A stretch of 64,000 bases of DNA from positions 84,519 to 148,518 of the forward strand of contig CAVTHV010000016.1 of assembly GCA_963734595.1 (NCBI GenBank), read 5' to 3'. The stretch is from an uncultured beta proteobacterium (lineage in GTDB: Bacteria; Pseudomonadota; Gammaproteobacteria; Burkholderiales; SG8-41). Both the position numbers and the translations under genes were made by a program. This document shows, piece by piece, positions 10,552 to 21,332 of this stretch; the first letter of the stretch is position 1; every line of letters starts with the position of its first letter. The notes under the pieces were generated by a model. The model did not search any database, was not told the DNA's origin, and saw only the letters and a list, made by a program, of their open reading frames with translations.

Positions 10552-12550
10552 ATGCGGATTAAAAAGCTTGCCCCGTGGCTGATTGCGGGCTTTATTTGTG
10601 TGGCGGGCGCACCGGTGGCATGGGGAGCGGAAACAGAAGCCGCCAGCGCCCAGGCCGCCGCCCCGGCGGCCGAAAAAATCGACAACGCGGTCTGCCTGGG
10701 CTGTCATGGCAACGAAGGCTTTGCCATGCCGGGCCCGGACGGCAAAATGCGCTCGTTGCACGTGATACCGGACAAGTTCGGCAACAGCGTTCACGGCAAG
10801 CGGTTTTGCGTCGAGTGCCACAAGGACATTACCGAGATTCCGCATAAAACCGGCGTGCAGCACAAGGTCAGTTGCGTGCAGTGCCACGAGGACTTGTGGG
10901 CAAAAGCCCAGAGGGATGGAAAGACCGCGGAGAACGCGCGCCTTGGCGTGGTGGTGCAGCAGATCGACCGGTACATGAAATCCATCCATGCCCGCCCCAG
11001 CCGGGAAGACCAGTCGCGCACCAACGCCACCTGCTACAACTGCCACGATGCCCACTATGTCTACCCGAAAGGCAGCGCCGGCCGCGCGGCGTGGCGCCTG
11101 ACCATTCCCGACGTTTGCGGCAAGTGCCACACCGCGGAACGGCAAGCTTTATGGGGAATCGGTGCATGGCGACGAAGTCCTGAAGAAAAAGAATCCCAAG
11201 GCGGCGGTGTGCTCGGATTGCCATACCACCCATGACATCGAAGATCCGGCGCTCGACAAGAGCAGGCTGGTCATTACCAAGAACTGCGGGAACTGCCACG
11301 CGGAAAACCTGAAGACCTACACCGAAACCTATCACGGGCAGGTCAACACGTTGGGCTATGCCTATACGGCCAAGTGTTTCGACTGCCATGGCAGCCACGA
11401 CATCAAGCGGACCACCGATCCCGACTTCGACGGTGTATCCGGCACAACCGCCTGAAAACCTGCCAGCAGTGTCATACCAACGCGACCCAGGGGTTCGTGA
11501 CGTTCGAACCGCACGGCACGACTCATGATTTCAAGCGTTTTCCGCTGATATGGATCGCGCAAAAATTCATGCTGGGACTGCTCTTTGGCACGTTTGCATT
11601 TTTCTGGACGCATACGGCCCTGTGGTTCTATCGCGAATACAAGGATCGCCAGCAGCGCAAGACGCGGCCGCACGTGCTGACGGATGAACTGCTGGAGGGC
11701 AAGTTTTTCCGGCGCTTCCCGCTGCTCTGGCGGGCCGCCCACCTCACCTTCGCCGTGAGCCTGATGATCCTGGCCCTCACCGGCATGGCGGTGTTTTACG
11801 CCGACACGGCGTGGGCGCCAGTCGTCATGAATGCGTTAGGCGGGCCGAAAGTGGCGGCGCTCATCCACCGGACCTTTGCGGTGATTTTTGCGATCGGTAT
11901 TTTTCGGGCACCTGATCTATGTCGCACTCCGCGTTGGCCGCAACTGGCGTAATTTCGACTGGTTCGGGCCCAACTCGCTGGTTCCGCGCTGGCAGGATCT
12001 GTGGGACATCGTCGCCATGTTCACCTGGTTCTTCGGCAAGGGACCGCGGCCGGTGTTCGACCGCTGGACCTACTGGGAGAAATTCGACTACTGGGCGCCG
12101 TTCTGGGGTGTCACGATCATCGGCATGAGCGGCGTCATGCTGTGGTTCCCGAGCGTGACCGCCTCGTTCCTGCCCGGCTGGGTGTTCAACATCGCCACCA
12201 TTTTCCACGGGGAAGAAGCGCTGCTGGCCGTCCTGTTCCTGTTCACGGTGCATTTCTTCAACAACCATTTCAGGCCGGACAAGTTCCCGCTGGATATCGT
12301 GATGTTCACCGGCGCGGTGCCGCTCGAGGAGTTCAGCCGCGAGCACACGGTGGAATACAACCGGCTGGTCAAAACGGGCGAACTCGAGAAGTACCTGGTG
12401 GACAAGCCGACGGAGCCGATGACCCTGGGCTCGAGGATATTGGGCTTCACCCTGATCGCCGCCGGCCTGACGCTGCTGACGCTGGTGCTGGTCGGAGTTC
12501 GTAGGAAGTATGATGAAAGGCTGAGCGGCCCGCGAAGAAATTGCCGCTGA
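10552..12550 (+). CDS. Nonaheme c-type cytochrome fused to a membrane b-type cytochrome domain (CbcL-like), interrupted by about 4 apparent +1 frameshifts
   Basis: ORF pieces 10552..11235, 11162..11455, 11374..11952 and 11888..12550 join into one protein. It has nine CXXCH motifs (CLGCH, CVECH, CVQCH, CYNCH, CGKCH, CSDCH, CGNCH, CFDCH, CQQCH) followed by a multi-helix His-containing membrane domain. Frame breaks lie near 11140, 11430, 11441 and 11905. Confidence 0.75.
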
Positions 12551-12679
12551 TGCGTGCGGCGGGAGTCGGGCTAGGTTTCCGATCGTTATCGGAATAAAAT
12601 GTTATCTATATCAATGGCATAAATTCGGGCCGGCAGCAGACCAGCGCCGGCCGGCCCGAAGATATCTGCGAGGTTTCAA

Positions 12680-13840
12680 ATGAAACATTTTATGCTGGGT
12701 ATTGCGTTGGCGGCGGCGTTGGCCGGATGCACGGAAAAAGAACAGTCGACTCCGAAAACCACGCCTGCGGCTGCCACCCCGCCTGCAGCCGAGAAGCGGA
12801 TTGCCGGGGACGTTGCCGCGGGCAAGGCCATCGCCGAGCGAACCTGCAAAGCCTGTCACGGCCTGGATGGCAAAGGCGTCGCCCCGGCCATTCCGAACCT
12901 CGCGGCACAACGTGAGCGTTATCTGCTCGCGTCGTTGCAGGAGTACAAAGACGGCAAGCGCCATCACGCCGCCCTCAAGAGCATGGCGGAAAAAATGAGC
13001 GATGCGGACATTCGCAACGTGGTCGCGTACTATTCGCCAGTCTGCCGCCGATCGCGAACCCCTCTGCCGGCGATATCAAGCACTCATCGCTTTATGAAGA
13101 AGGGCAAGAAGCTGGCGGCGGGCTGCACGAAGTGTCATGGCGAAGACGGCAACAGCAAAACTCCCGGCACGCCCAGCCTGGCCGGCCAGCAACCCCACTA
13201 TCTGGTCGCCGCCATCCAGGAGTATCACCAGGGAGACCGCAAAACGGCCGTGATGAAGGCGATGCTGAGCGATACGGAAAAACTGCAACTGGAAAACCTC
13301 GCGCTCTATTTCGCGGCCCAGACTCCGGTTGAACGTGCCGCCCCCGCCAAGGGCGACGCGGCCGCCGGCGAACCGCTCACCGCCATGTGCGGCGGCTGCC
13401 ACGGCTTTCACGGCGTGAGCACCGACTCGGCGACGCCGAGTCTTGCCGGCCAGGATCCCGAATACCTGGTGAAAGCGATGAAGGCCTACAAAACCACCCG
13501 CAAGAACTGGGGCATGCAGCGCTATATCGCCGGGCTCAGCGACAAGGACATGGAAAATATCGCGGCCTACTACGCGGTCCAGAAACCCCAGGCCGCCGAT
13601 AAAGTACCGGGTTCCGCCCAGGAACTGGCCGAAAAATGCAATCGCTGCCACGACGCCGAGAACCCCACAATGACGGCTCCCAAAATGCGGGGGCAGGACA
13701 AGGACTATCTGGTCATGGCCCTGCGGGCGTATCGCGATGGCAGACGCGAAAGCTCTACCATGCACAACATGAGCTTCCCCTACAGCAACGCCATGATAGA
13801 AAGCATCGCTTCCTGGTACGCGAATCAGCCGGCGAAATAA
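12680..13840 (+). CDS. Tetraheme c4-like cytochrome lipoprotein
   Basis: Lipobox LAGC and four CXXCH motifs (CKACH, CTKCH, CGGCH, CNRCH), paralogous to 7983..9221. A short internal out-of-frame stretch runs ~13031-13104 (see findings). Confidence 0.8.
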   Translation: MKHFMLGIALAAALAGCTEKEQSTPKTTPAAATPPAAEKRIAGDVAAGKAIAERTCKACHGLDGKGVAPAIPNLAAQRERYLLASLQEYKDGKRHHAALKSMAEKMSDADIRNVVAYYSPVCRRSRTPLPAISSTHRFMKKGKKLAAGCTKCHGEDGNSKTPGTPSLAGQQPHYLVAAIQEYHQGDRKTAVMKAMLSDTEKLQLENLALYFAAQTPVERAAPAKGDAAAGEPLTAMCGGCHGFHGVSTDSATPSLAGQDPEYLVKAMKAYKTTRKNWGMQRYIAGLSDKDMENIAAYYAVQKPQAADKVPGSAQELAEKCNRCHDAENPTMTAPKMRGQDKDYLVMALRAYRDGRRESSTMHNMSFPYSNAMIESIASWYANQPAK

Positions 13841-13905
13841 ACAAACGCCCGGATTGGCAACGCCGCGCAACGGCGTGACCGGCTGATCCGGAAAAATTTC
13901 CCGGC

Positions 13906-14655
13906 CTACTGCAACAGGCCGCTCAGGCCCGGCACCACGCGACACAACAGCCCGTCGGCGGCGAAGACGGCGGGCTGCGTGGCCTTGATGATGCCGAAAA
14001 TCCCCAGTCCGCCGATGACGATGCTGCTTGCAACACGCAACGGGCGCAGCGCCGCAAGCTTCCGGACCTGACCGTACAGCAGCGAAATAGCCAACAGGTT
14101 CGGCAGGGTGCCGAGACCGAAAGCGAACATGACCAGCGCGCCCTGGCGGGCGTCGGCCGTTGCCATCGCGGTGAGGAGCAGCGCATAGACCATGCCGCAC
14201 GGCAGCCAGCCCCACACCGCGCCCAACCCCAGCGCACGCGGCACGGAGTCGACCGGAAGAAACCAGCGGGAATAAGGTTGCACGCGGCGCCATACCACCG
14301 CTCCTGCGGCCTCGATGCCGCGCGCGACCGGCGTCACGCCCGCCACATACAGCGCAAGCAGCAGCAGCGTGGCGCCGGCAAAGAACATCATGACGTGCTG
14401 CGCCAGAGGCCCGCCGCGCAGCCACAGCCCGCCCTGGCCAAGGGCGCCGGCCAGGGAGCCGGCCACGGCGTAGCTGAAAATGCGCCCGCCGTTATAGGCC
14501 AGCGCATAACGCCATTGCCGGGGAACCCTTTCACCGCCGGCGCGCGGCCCGCTGACGATGCCGACAATGCCGCCGCACATCGCCGCACAATGCGCGCCGC
14601 CCATCAGCCCGGCGACGAAAGCGCTGGTTACGACCAGTTCAAGCCAGCCGTTCAT
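13906..14655 (-). CDS. TauE/SafE or DsbD_2 family membrane protein
   Basis: 249-aa polytopic protein with the N-terminal motif GGAHCAAMCGG. This type is commonly linked to cbb3 oxidase maturation loci. Confidence 0.7.
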   Translation of the reverse strand: MNGWLELVVTSAFVAGLMGGAHCAAMCGGIVGIVSGPRAGGERVPRQWRYALAYNGGRIFSYAVAGSLAGALGQGGLWLRGGPLAQHVMMFFAGATLLLLALYVAGVTPVARGIEAAGAVVWRRVQPYSRWFLPVDSVPRALGLGAVWGWLPCGMVYALLLTAMATADARQGALVMFAFGLGTLPNLLAISLLYGQVRKLAALRPLRVASSIVIGGLGIFGIIKATQPAVFAADGLLCRVVPGLSGLLQ

Positions 14656-14787
14656 TGCGATTGAGGCGTAAGCGGTGAGCGGAAGTGGAAGTGAGTGCGG
14701 GATGAAGAGTCAAGTCAAAAACGTTGCGAATCGAACACCCGAATCTCGAGCCCTGAATCCTGAATCCCGGATCCTGAACCCTCTGCG

Positions 14788-16190
14788 TCATATGACGCGC
14801 GAGTAGCGGCCGACTTCGCTTTCGTGACGCAGGTACTTGTCGAACACCATGCAGATATTGCGGATCAGCATGCGTCCTACCGGCGTCACGTTGATCCATC
14901 GATCGTCCAGATCGAGCAATCCTTCCTTGGCCAGGCCGGCCAACTCGGCGAGCTCTGTCTGCGAAATACTTATCAAAATCAATGAGGTAGGATAGCTCTA
15001 TCGCCTGTTTCGACAGCGCGAAATGGCACATCAGCGATTGAATCACGGCGCGGCGCAGCAGGTCATCCGCCGTGAGTTCCAGGCCCCGCATGATCGGCAG
15101 TTCGCCATGATCGAGGCTGTCATAGTATTCCTCGATGCGGCGAAAATTCTGGCTATAAGTCGGGCCTATGCTGCCGATGGCCGAGACGCCGAGCGCCACC
15201 AGATCGCACTCGGCGTGGGTCGAATAGCCCTGGAAATTGCGGTGCAGCCGGCCCTGCCGCTGCGCGACGGCCAGCGAGTCGTCGGGCAGGGCAAAATGAT
15301 CCATGCCGATGTAGACATAGCCGGCCTCGGTCAGCCGCTGCGCGGACAGCGCCAGCAGTTTCAGTTTGGTTTCCGGAGACGGCAGGTCGGCTTCGTTGAT
15401 CTGGCGTTGCGTCTTGAAACGCGCGGGCAGGTGGGCGTAATTGTAAACCGCGATGCGGTCGGGCCGCGCGGCGACGATCTGCGCCAGGGTGCGGTTGAAG
15501 GTGATCAGGTTTTGCTTCGGCAGCCCGTAGATCAGATCGACATTGACCGAAAGAAAGCCCTCCCGCCGCGCCGCATCGATGATGCCCAGCGTCTGTTGTT
15601 CGCTTTGCAGGCGGTTCACCGCCTGCTGCACGTCGGGATCGAAATCCTGCACGCCGAGACTGAGCCGGTTGAAACCCATGACGCGCAGCGCGGCAACCGT
15701 TTTCTCGTCGACCGTTCTCGGGTCGATTTCGATCGAATACTCGCCATCGGGCGAGAACTCGAAATTCCGCCGCAACAGCACGAACAGATTCTGCATCTGT
15801 TCGGTGCTGAAAAAAGTCGGCGTGCCGCCGCCCCAGTGCATCTGTTCGACCCGCGGATCCTGGCTGAACAGCGGCGCCTGCAGCGCAATTTCCTTTTCGA
15901 GGTAATTCAGATACTCGACGCCGCGACTTTTGTTGCTGGTCACGACCTTGTTGCACCCGCAGTAGTAACAGATCGTGTTGCAGAACGGCAAATGCACGTA
16001 AACCGACAGCGCGCGCTGGATGCCGCCGATATTGCGCTTGGCCACCCACTGCCGGTAAGCGTCCGGCCCGAATGCCTCATGCGAGGCGGTCGGCGGTGGG
16101 ATAAGAGGTGTAGCGCGGGCCGTTGCGGTCGAGCCTGCGGATCAGGTCCAGGTCGACTTCGAACGGCAGATGATCGGAAATGGAATTCAT
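14788..16190 (-). CDS. hemN: Oxygen-independent coproporphyrinogen III oxidase (radical SAM), interrupted by two apparent +1 frameshifts
   Basis: N-terminus GPRYTSYPTA, radical SAM motif HLPFCNTICYYCGC, C-terminal piece VTPVGRMLIRNICMVFDKYL (ORF 14788..14982). Frame breaks lie near 16080 and 14960. Confidence 0.9.
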
Positions 16191-16242
16191 ACGCAGATTG
16201 TAAATCTTTGTCAGCAATATCGTATCATGGACACTCGCGATA

Positions 16243-16256
16243 TTGACCTAGGTCAA
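16243..16256. promoter_or_regulatory. FNR/Dnr-type box TTGACctagGTCAA
   Basis: Perfect palindrome centred ~60 bp upstream of the hemN start, in the hemN/fnr divergent region. Confidence 0.6.
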
Positions 16257-16419
16257 AATGATGTACACTGCCAATTCTGTATCTCTAGGGAGTAAACCCG
16301 TAGATCGAGCACTGAATTGCGATCAGTCATTCACTCTGCCTCTGTCCGAATAACCTTTATCCGAGTATATCTGATATCAGATTATCCCTACCTAGCATGA
16401 TTCAGAACGGGAAAAGATA

Positions 16420-17172
16420 ATGTTAGCCCAGCCCAAGCTCATCCCGGTCGACCTCGGCAAGCTCAAGACCGTCTGTGCCACGTGCAGCCTGCACGAGCTA
16501 TGCCTGCCCGCGGAGCTCGACCCGAACGAACTGGCGATCTTCGACCGGCTGTTTACCCACCGCCGGTCCGTAAAGCGCGGCGACTATCTTTACCGCGCCG
16601 GCGCGGAACTGCAATCGCTCTACGCCATCCGCACCGGCTTCATGAAAAGCTGCGTGTTGCACGAGGATGGCCGGGAGCAGGTCGCGGGCTTTCACATGAT
16701 GGGCGACCTGCTGGGGTTCGATGCGATCAGCTCGAACCGCCACACCTGCGACACCGTGGCGCTCGAAGACAGCGATGTCTGCGACATCCCGTTCCATTCG
16801 CTGGAAAAACTGTCGCGCGAAATTCCGTCGCTGCAGCATCATTTTCACCGCATGATGAGCCGCGAAATCGTGCGCGACCATGGCGTGATGCTGCTGCTTG
16901 GCAGCATGCGCGCGGAAGAGCGCCTGGCCGCTTTTCTGCTCAACCTGTCCCAGCGCTTCGCCGTGCGCGGCTATTCGCCGACCGAGTTCAACCTGCGCAT
17001 GACGCGGGAGGAAATCGGCAGCTATCTCGGCCTCAAGCTCGAAACCATCAGCCGCGTGCTGTCCCGCTTCCAGGAAGAGGGGCTGATCGATGTGCGTAAT
17101 AAACACATCAAAATCAACGGCCTGGATAAAATACGGGCACTGGTCAACCCGCCTTCCGCGCCTAAACCCTGA
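16420..17172 (+). CDS. fnr: FNR-type oxygen-sensing Crp/Fnr family transcription factor
   Basis: N-terminal Cys cluster CATCSLHELC (C-X2-C-X5-C) plus internal Cys residues, a cNMP-like domain, and an HTH with E..SR (REEIGSYLGLKLETISRVLSRF). Confidence 0.9.
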   Translation: MLAQPKLIPVDLGKLKTVCATCSLHELCLPAELDPNELAIFDRLFTHRRSVKRGDYLYRAGAELQSLYAIRTGFMKSCVLHEDGREQVAGFHMMGDLLGFDAISSNRHTCDTVALEDSDVCDIPFHSLEKLSREIPSLQHHFHRMMSREIVRDHGVMLLLGSMRAEERLAAFLLNLSQRFAVRGYSPTEFNLRMTREEIGSYLGLKLETISRVLSRFQEEGLIDVRNKHIKINGLDKIRALVNPPSAPKP

Positions 17173-17183
17173 CCGCTCCGCAG

Positions 17184-17474
17184 TCAGAACTTATAGCGCG
17201 TTTGTTGCAGATAAGAAACGACGTCTTCGACTTCCTCCGCGCTCCAGCGCAGGTTCTCCTGCTCGGACCAGTGAACGACGATCTCGCGTAGCTCATCCGC
17301 ATTGAGCGGCAGGCGATTGGGCCGGCTATGAATATTGGGCGTGTGGCAAAACTGGCAATGATTCTCGTAGAGCGCGCGCCCTCGCGCGAGGTCGGGTATT
17401 TCAGCCGCTCCCGACAGGCTCGAGAAAACAGTCAACGCCGCTGCCAAGCCGGCTGCAGGCCATCGTTTTAACAT
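17184..17474 (-). CDS. Small monoheme c-type cytochrome
   Basis: Signal peptide MLKRWPAAGLAAALTVFSSLSGAA and the heme motif CQFCH. Its start overlaps the upstream gene (ATGTTAA). Confidence 0.7.
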   Translation of the reverse strand: MLKRWPAAGLAAALTVFSSLSGAAEIPDLARGRALYENHCQFCHTPNIHSRPNRLPLNADELREIVVHWSEQENLRWSAEEVEDVVSYLQQTRYKF

Positions 17475-17713
17475 TTTGTGTTGCGCCGGATCACCGTCTC
17501 GATTTCTGTTTCTGCCCGGCATCGATCCTCCTCGCGGTAATTTCCCGGTTCGACGCAGCGATAACGCTCCGCACGAAAATACGCGGCGTCCTCGATCAAT
17601 CGCCGGCGTTGTTCCGCGGAAATGACGATCCCTGCTCTGGACCGGCCGGCCGCAGATTTCGGCGCGGCGCGCTTTTTGGCGATTTTCCTGGTGGATGTAC
17701 GGGATACGGTCAT
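17468..17713 (-). CDS. DUF2934-like small basic protein
   Basis: RBS aggagg precedes the ATG at 17713. The C-terminal motif AAYFRAERY...GNYREEDRCRAETEI is typical of DUF2934. Confidence 0.55.
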   Translation of the reverse strand: MTVSRTSTRKIAKKRAAPKSAAGRSRAGIVISAEQRRRLIEDAAYFRAERYRCVEPGNYREEDRCRAETEIETVIRRNTKC

Positions 17714-17869
17714 GGCGGCCTCCTGCGTCACCGGGTTGCTGTCGATATCGATGATGGCGGATCGCAACGCGCGCTGACTGCCATCAAGGTCTCTGTCCAG
17801 ACTGATACCCGCGGAAAGCGTTAAAAACCCTCTTGCCAATTCATATTACGCCGCCTTCCCCGGCGTGAT

Positions 17870-17883
17870 TTGACGTAGGTCAA
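17870..17883. promoter_or_regulatory. FNR/Dnr-type box TTGACgtagGTCAA
   Basis: Perfect palindrome upstream of the DUF2934-cytochrome c pair on the minus strand. Confidence 0.5.
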
Positions 17884-17897
17884 CCGATCGGCAGAGA

Positions 17898-18203
17898 TCA
17901 GGCGCCGCCCCCCGTCCGCGGCTCCTCGCATTTCGGACATCCCGGCGGCCGCTCGCCGGGCTCGAGCGGGCACAACCGGTTGATTTCGAATGCGCTGCGC
18001 TGCAGAAAACAGGTAAACGCGCTGGACGCCGCGGCAAACGCCCAGAACAGAAAAAAGCCGAGCGAGTAAACCGCAGTGCGCGAGATCTCTATCGGGCCGC
18101 CCAGGATGAAGAGATCCATCGGGTCGAATAGCGTGAAAAACACCGTTTCCGCAATGCCGCCGACGATGAACGACGGCCACAGTACCCAGATCAAGCGTTT
18201 CAT
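17898..18203 (-). CDS. Small membrane protein with a C-terminal Cys motif, translationally coupled to ccoH
   Basis: 101 aa starting MKRLIWVLWPSFIVGG, with predicted hydrophobic helices and the tail CPLEPGERPPGCPKC. Its ATG overlaps the ccoH stop (ATGA). Confidence 0.5.
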   Translation of the reverse strand: MKRLIWVLWPSFIVGGIAETVFFTLFDPMDLFILGGPIEISRTAVYSLGFFLFWAFAAASSAFTCFLQRSAFEINRLCPLEPGERPPGCPKCEEPRTGGGA

Positions 18204-18739
18204 GCCCCCTCCTCGTGCGCTGTGAGCTGCAATACCGGCTGCTGCGGCACGCGCCATTCTCCGGTCAGGCGCCAGCTGCGGCCTTCGTCCTCGAGCATCA
18301 CCAGCCAGCGTCCCGCGCGCGGCGCGGCGATCGCAGCCTCGTAGGCGCCGGCGCCGACCGCCGCAAGCCGCACCCGCTGGTCCAGTCCGGCATGCGTCGG
18401 ATGCACGATCCGCAATTGCAGCATGGACGGCAGCGGTGAAGGTCCCGACAGCGTGACCCGGATTCGGCCTGACGCAACATCCCACACCAGATCCGCTTTG
18501 TAACCGTGCGCCAGCGCGGCACGATCGCGTGTCAGCGTCTGGTTGACCGCGAGTCCCTGCTTGTAGTAATCGTCGACCACCAGGCCGTCATCGCTCCTGA
18601 CCGCCAGCCACAGCGTGATCATGCTGGCCACCACCACCAGTGCCGGCCCCGCCATCAGCAGCCAGGGCCAGGGTTCGCGGTACCACGGCACCGATGGTTG
18701 ATGAATTCGCGGCGTCATCGTTGCCCCCTCATCTGACAT
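18200..18739 (-). CDS. ccoH: FixH/CcoH family cbb3 oxidase assembly protein
   Basis: PWYREPWPWLLM followed by a TM helix and VVDDYYKQG, which is typical of FixH. It sits downstream of ccoG. Confidence 0.75.
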   Translation of the reverse strand: MSDEGATMTPRIHQPSVPWYREPWPWLLMAGPALVVVASMITLWLAVRSDDGLVVDDYYKQGLAVNQTLTRDRAALAHGYKADLVWDVASGRIRVTLSGPSPLPSMLQLRIVHPTHAGLDQRVRLAAVGAGAYEAAIAAPRAGRWLVMLEDEGRSWRLTGEWRVPQQPVLQLTAHEEGA

Positions 18740-20150
18740 AGAACATCGACTTCTCGTCGGCTTTCACGCCCGGCTGATCCCTGTCCGTGACATGAAAGAC
18801 GATGGCGTGCGAGCCCGGTTTGATATTGGCGGGATCGACGCGCACCGCGACCGCGACCCCCTGCGTGGTGGCGCCGGCGACCTCCACCGGCTGCGGCACT
18901 TCGACCACGAGGCCCGCCAGTCCCGTTACGGCGATGTTGTAGCGATGCGGCCGCTCGTCGGTGTTCATGATCTGCAGGCGGTAGACGTTTTCGACCGTGC
19001 CATCCCCGACTTCGCGCACCAGCGTCGCGCGGTCGCGGATCACGTCGACCTTGAGCGGCGATCTCAGGTACAGCGCCGCCATCAGGACCAGAACGATGCC
19101 GAGCAGCACCGCGCAGTACAACAGGATGCGCGGCCGGAAAACATTCGCGAGGATCCGGTCCTCGGGATATTTGCGCTTGATGGCGTTTTCCGTCGAGTAG
19201 CGGATCAGGCCGCGCGGATAGCCCATCTTGTCCATCACCTGGTTGCAGCCGTCGATGCACGCGGCGCACCCTATGCATTCGTATTGCAGACCCTCGCGGA
19301 TATCGATCCCGGTCGGGCACACCTGCACGCAGATGTTGCAGTCGACACATTCGCCCAGGCCCGCCGCCCTGTGATCGGCCGACCTGCTGCGCGAGCCGCG
19401 CGGCTCGCCCCGCTGCGCGTCGTAGGTGATGACCAGCGTATCGGGGTCGAACATCACGCCCTGGAAGCGCGCATAAGGACACATGTACTTGCATACCTGC
19501 TCCCGCATCCAGCCGGCGTTGCCGTAGGTGGCAAAACCGTAGAACAGGATCCAGAACGTCTCCCACGGCCCGGCATTCCAGCCCAGGACTTCCGCGACCA
19601 GGGTCTTGATCGGGGTGAAATAACCGACGAACGTGAAACCGGTCCACAGCGCAAGCGCGATCCACAGCGCATGCTTGAGCGATTTCAGGGCGAACTTGCG
19701 TGCACCGAGCGACCCCTTGTCGAGCCGCATGCGCTGCAGGTGGTCGCCTTCCACCATGTTCTCGATCCACATGAAGATCTCGGTATAGACCGTCTGCGGG
19801 CAGGCATAACCGCACCACAGGCGGCCGGCGATCGCGGTGAACAGAAACAGCGACAGCGCCGAGATCACCAGCAGCGCGGTGAGAAAAATGAAATCCTGGG
19901 GCCAGAACACCCAGCCGAAGATGTAGAACTTGCGCGCGCCGAGGTCGAACAGCACCGCCTGCCGCCCGTTCCAGACGAGCCATGGCATGCCGTAGAAAAC
20001 CGCCTGGGTGGCGAGCACCAGCGCAACGCGCCAGCTTGCGAACCAGCCATGCACCGCGCGCGAGTAGATTTTCTTCCGCACTTCATAGAGCGCGGTTTCG
20101 ACTTCGTTGGCGGGCGGGGCCAATTTGAGATTTCTTGCCGGTTGAGTCAT
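18729..20150 (-). CDS. ccoG: Cytochrome c oxidase accessory protein CcoG/FixG (membrane ferredoxin)
   Basis: Two ferredoxin-type Cys clusters (CVDCNICVQVCP, CIGCAACIDGC) plus CGYACPQ. Start chosen at MTQPARN. Confidence 0.9.
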   Translation of the reverse strand: MTQPARNLKLAPPANEVETALYEVRKKIYSRAVHGWFASWRVALVLATQAVFYGMPWLVWNGRQAVLFDLGARKFYIFGWVFWPQDFIFLTALLVISALSLFLFTAIAGRLWCGYACPQTVYTEIFMWIENMVEGDHLQRMRLDKGSLGARKFALKSLKHALWIALALWTGFTFVGYFTPIKTLVAEVLGWNAGPWETFWILFYGFATYGNAGWMREQVCKYMCPYARFQGVMFDPDTLVITYDAQRGEPRGSRSRSADHRAAGLGECVDCNICVQVCPTGIDIREGLQYECIGCAACIDGCNQVMDKMGYPRGLIRYSTENAIKRKYPEDRILANVFRPRILLYCAVLLGIVLVLMAALYLRSPLKVDVIRDRATLVREVGDGTVENVYRLQIMNTDERPHRYNIAVTGLAGLVVEVPQPVEVAGATTQGVAVAVRVDPANIKPGSHAIVFHVTDRDQPGVKADEKSMFYVR

Positions 20151-20205
20151 GTATTGCCTGACCGCAAAGACGCGAAGGTGTTCGCGCCTCTGCGGTGAAA
20201 GATGT

Positions 20206-21144
20206 TCACTTCTGTCCCTGGGCCGACAGGCCGTAGACATAGGCGGCAAGCAGGTGGATTTTCCCTTGGTCCAGAAGATTCTTGTGCGCCGGCATGACGC
20301 TGGTGCCTTCCGTGGCCATGGGCGTGCCGCGGCCCTTCATGATGGTCTCCATGATCGTTGCCTCGGAACCGCCATACAGCCAGATATTGTCGGTCAGGTT
20401 GGGTGCGCCCACTGTCTTGCTGCCTTTGCCGTCCGCGCCATGACAGGCCGCGCATATGGTCATGAACTTGGCCTTGCCGCGGAACGCGCGCAGGCTGTCG
20501 TGGGTGCGGCCCGAAAGCGACAGCACGTAATGGGCGACATCTTTCGCACCTTCATCGCCGCCGACTGCCGCGCCCTGCGACGGCATCACGCCGTTGCGCC
20601 CGTTGGTGATGCTTTCCTTGATGGTTTCAGGGTCACCGCCGTAGAGCCAATCGTTGTCGCGCAGACTCGGAAAACCCTTTCCTCCTCCCGCGTCCGATCC
20701 GTGGCACTGCGCGCAATAAGTCAGAAACAGCCGCTGCCCCATCTGCCGCGCTTCCGGATCGGCGGCGACCGCCTTGATGTCCTGCTTGAGAAACCTGGCG
20801 AACACCGGTCCGTACGTCGCCTCAGCCTGCGCCTGTTCCTGCTGATACTGGCCGGTCGAAGTCCAGCCGAAGTACCCGGCATTGCGGCCGAGACCCGGAT
20901 AGAGCACAAGGTAAACCAGGGCAAATACAATGGTGATGTAGAACAGCCACATCCACCAGCGCGGCAGCGGATTGTTCCATTCGGTGAGATCCTCGTCCCA
21001 CGTGTGGCCGGTGGTGCCGACCTGCTGGTCCGGCGCGGCCCGCTTGGTCGACAGCGCCTTGAGCAGCACCGCGCAGGCAATGATGCTGATCAGCGTGATC
21101 AGGGCGACATAGATGCCCCAGACGTCGCTTGTAAAATCACTCAT
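20206..21144 (-). CDS. ccoP: cbb3-type cytochrome c oxidase subunit III (diheme)
   Basis: N-terminal TM helix, WDEDLTEWNNPLPRWW, and two CXXCH motifs (CAQCH, CAACH). Confidence 0.9.
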   Translation of the reverse strand: MSDFTSDVWGIYVALITLISIIACAVLLKALSTKRAAPDQQVGTTGHTWDEDLTEWNNPLPRWWMWLFYITIVFALVYLVLYPGLGRNAGYFGWTSTGQYQQEQAQAEATYGPVFARFLKQDIKAVAADPEARQMGQRLFLTYCAQCHGSDAGGGKGFPSLRDNDWLYGGDPETIKESITNGRNGVMPSQGAAVGGDEGAKDVAHYVLSLSGRTHDSLRAFRGKAKFMTICAACHGADGKGSKTVGAPNLTDNIWLYGGSEATIMETIMKGRGTPMATEGTSVMPAHKNLLDQGKIHLLAAYVYGLSAQGQK

Positions 21145-21156
21145 CGTGGCTTCCCT

Positions 21157-21327
21157 TTATTCCCGGCCTTGCCGCCGGTTGCCGGATTCCGGCTCGTCGT
21201 CAAAAGGCAGTTGCGCGGCGGCGTCGAACGCCTGCTTGCGCTTGCCGCTCCACGCCCACGCGACGATGCCGATAAAAACCGCCAGCAGCACCAGCGTCAG
21301 GATCGATCTGACCAGATTGATGTCCAT
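21157..21327 (-). CDS. ccoQ: cbb3-type cytochrome c oxidase subunit IV
   Basis: Not in the ORF track. Manual translation gives MDINLVRSILTLVLLAVFIGIVAWAWSGKRKQAFDAAAQLPFDDEPESGNRRQGRE, lying between ccoO and ccoP. Confidence 0.75.
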   Translation of the reverse strand: MDINLVRSILTLVLLAVFIGIVAWAWSGKRKQAFDAAAQLPFDDEPESGNRRQGRE

Positions 21328-21332
21328 GCGCG

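Noticed and set aside
12586-12599. FNR-like half-site gttatctatATCAA upstream of the c4-like lipoprotein gene.
   Set aside because: Only the right half matches the consensus; the left half (GTTAT) does not.
12615-12630. Sigma54-like TGGCAtaaattcgggc upstream of 12680.
   Set aside because: GG-to-GC spacing is 11 rather than 10, and the -12 element is poor.
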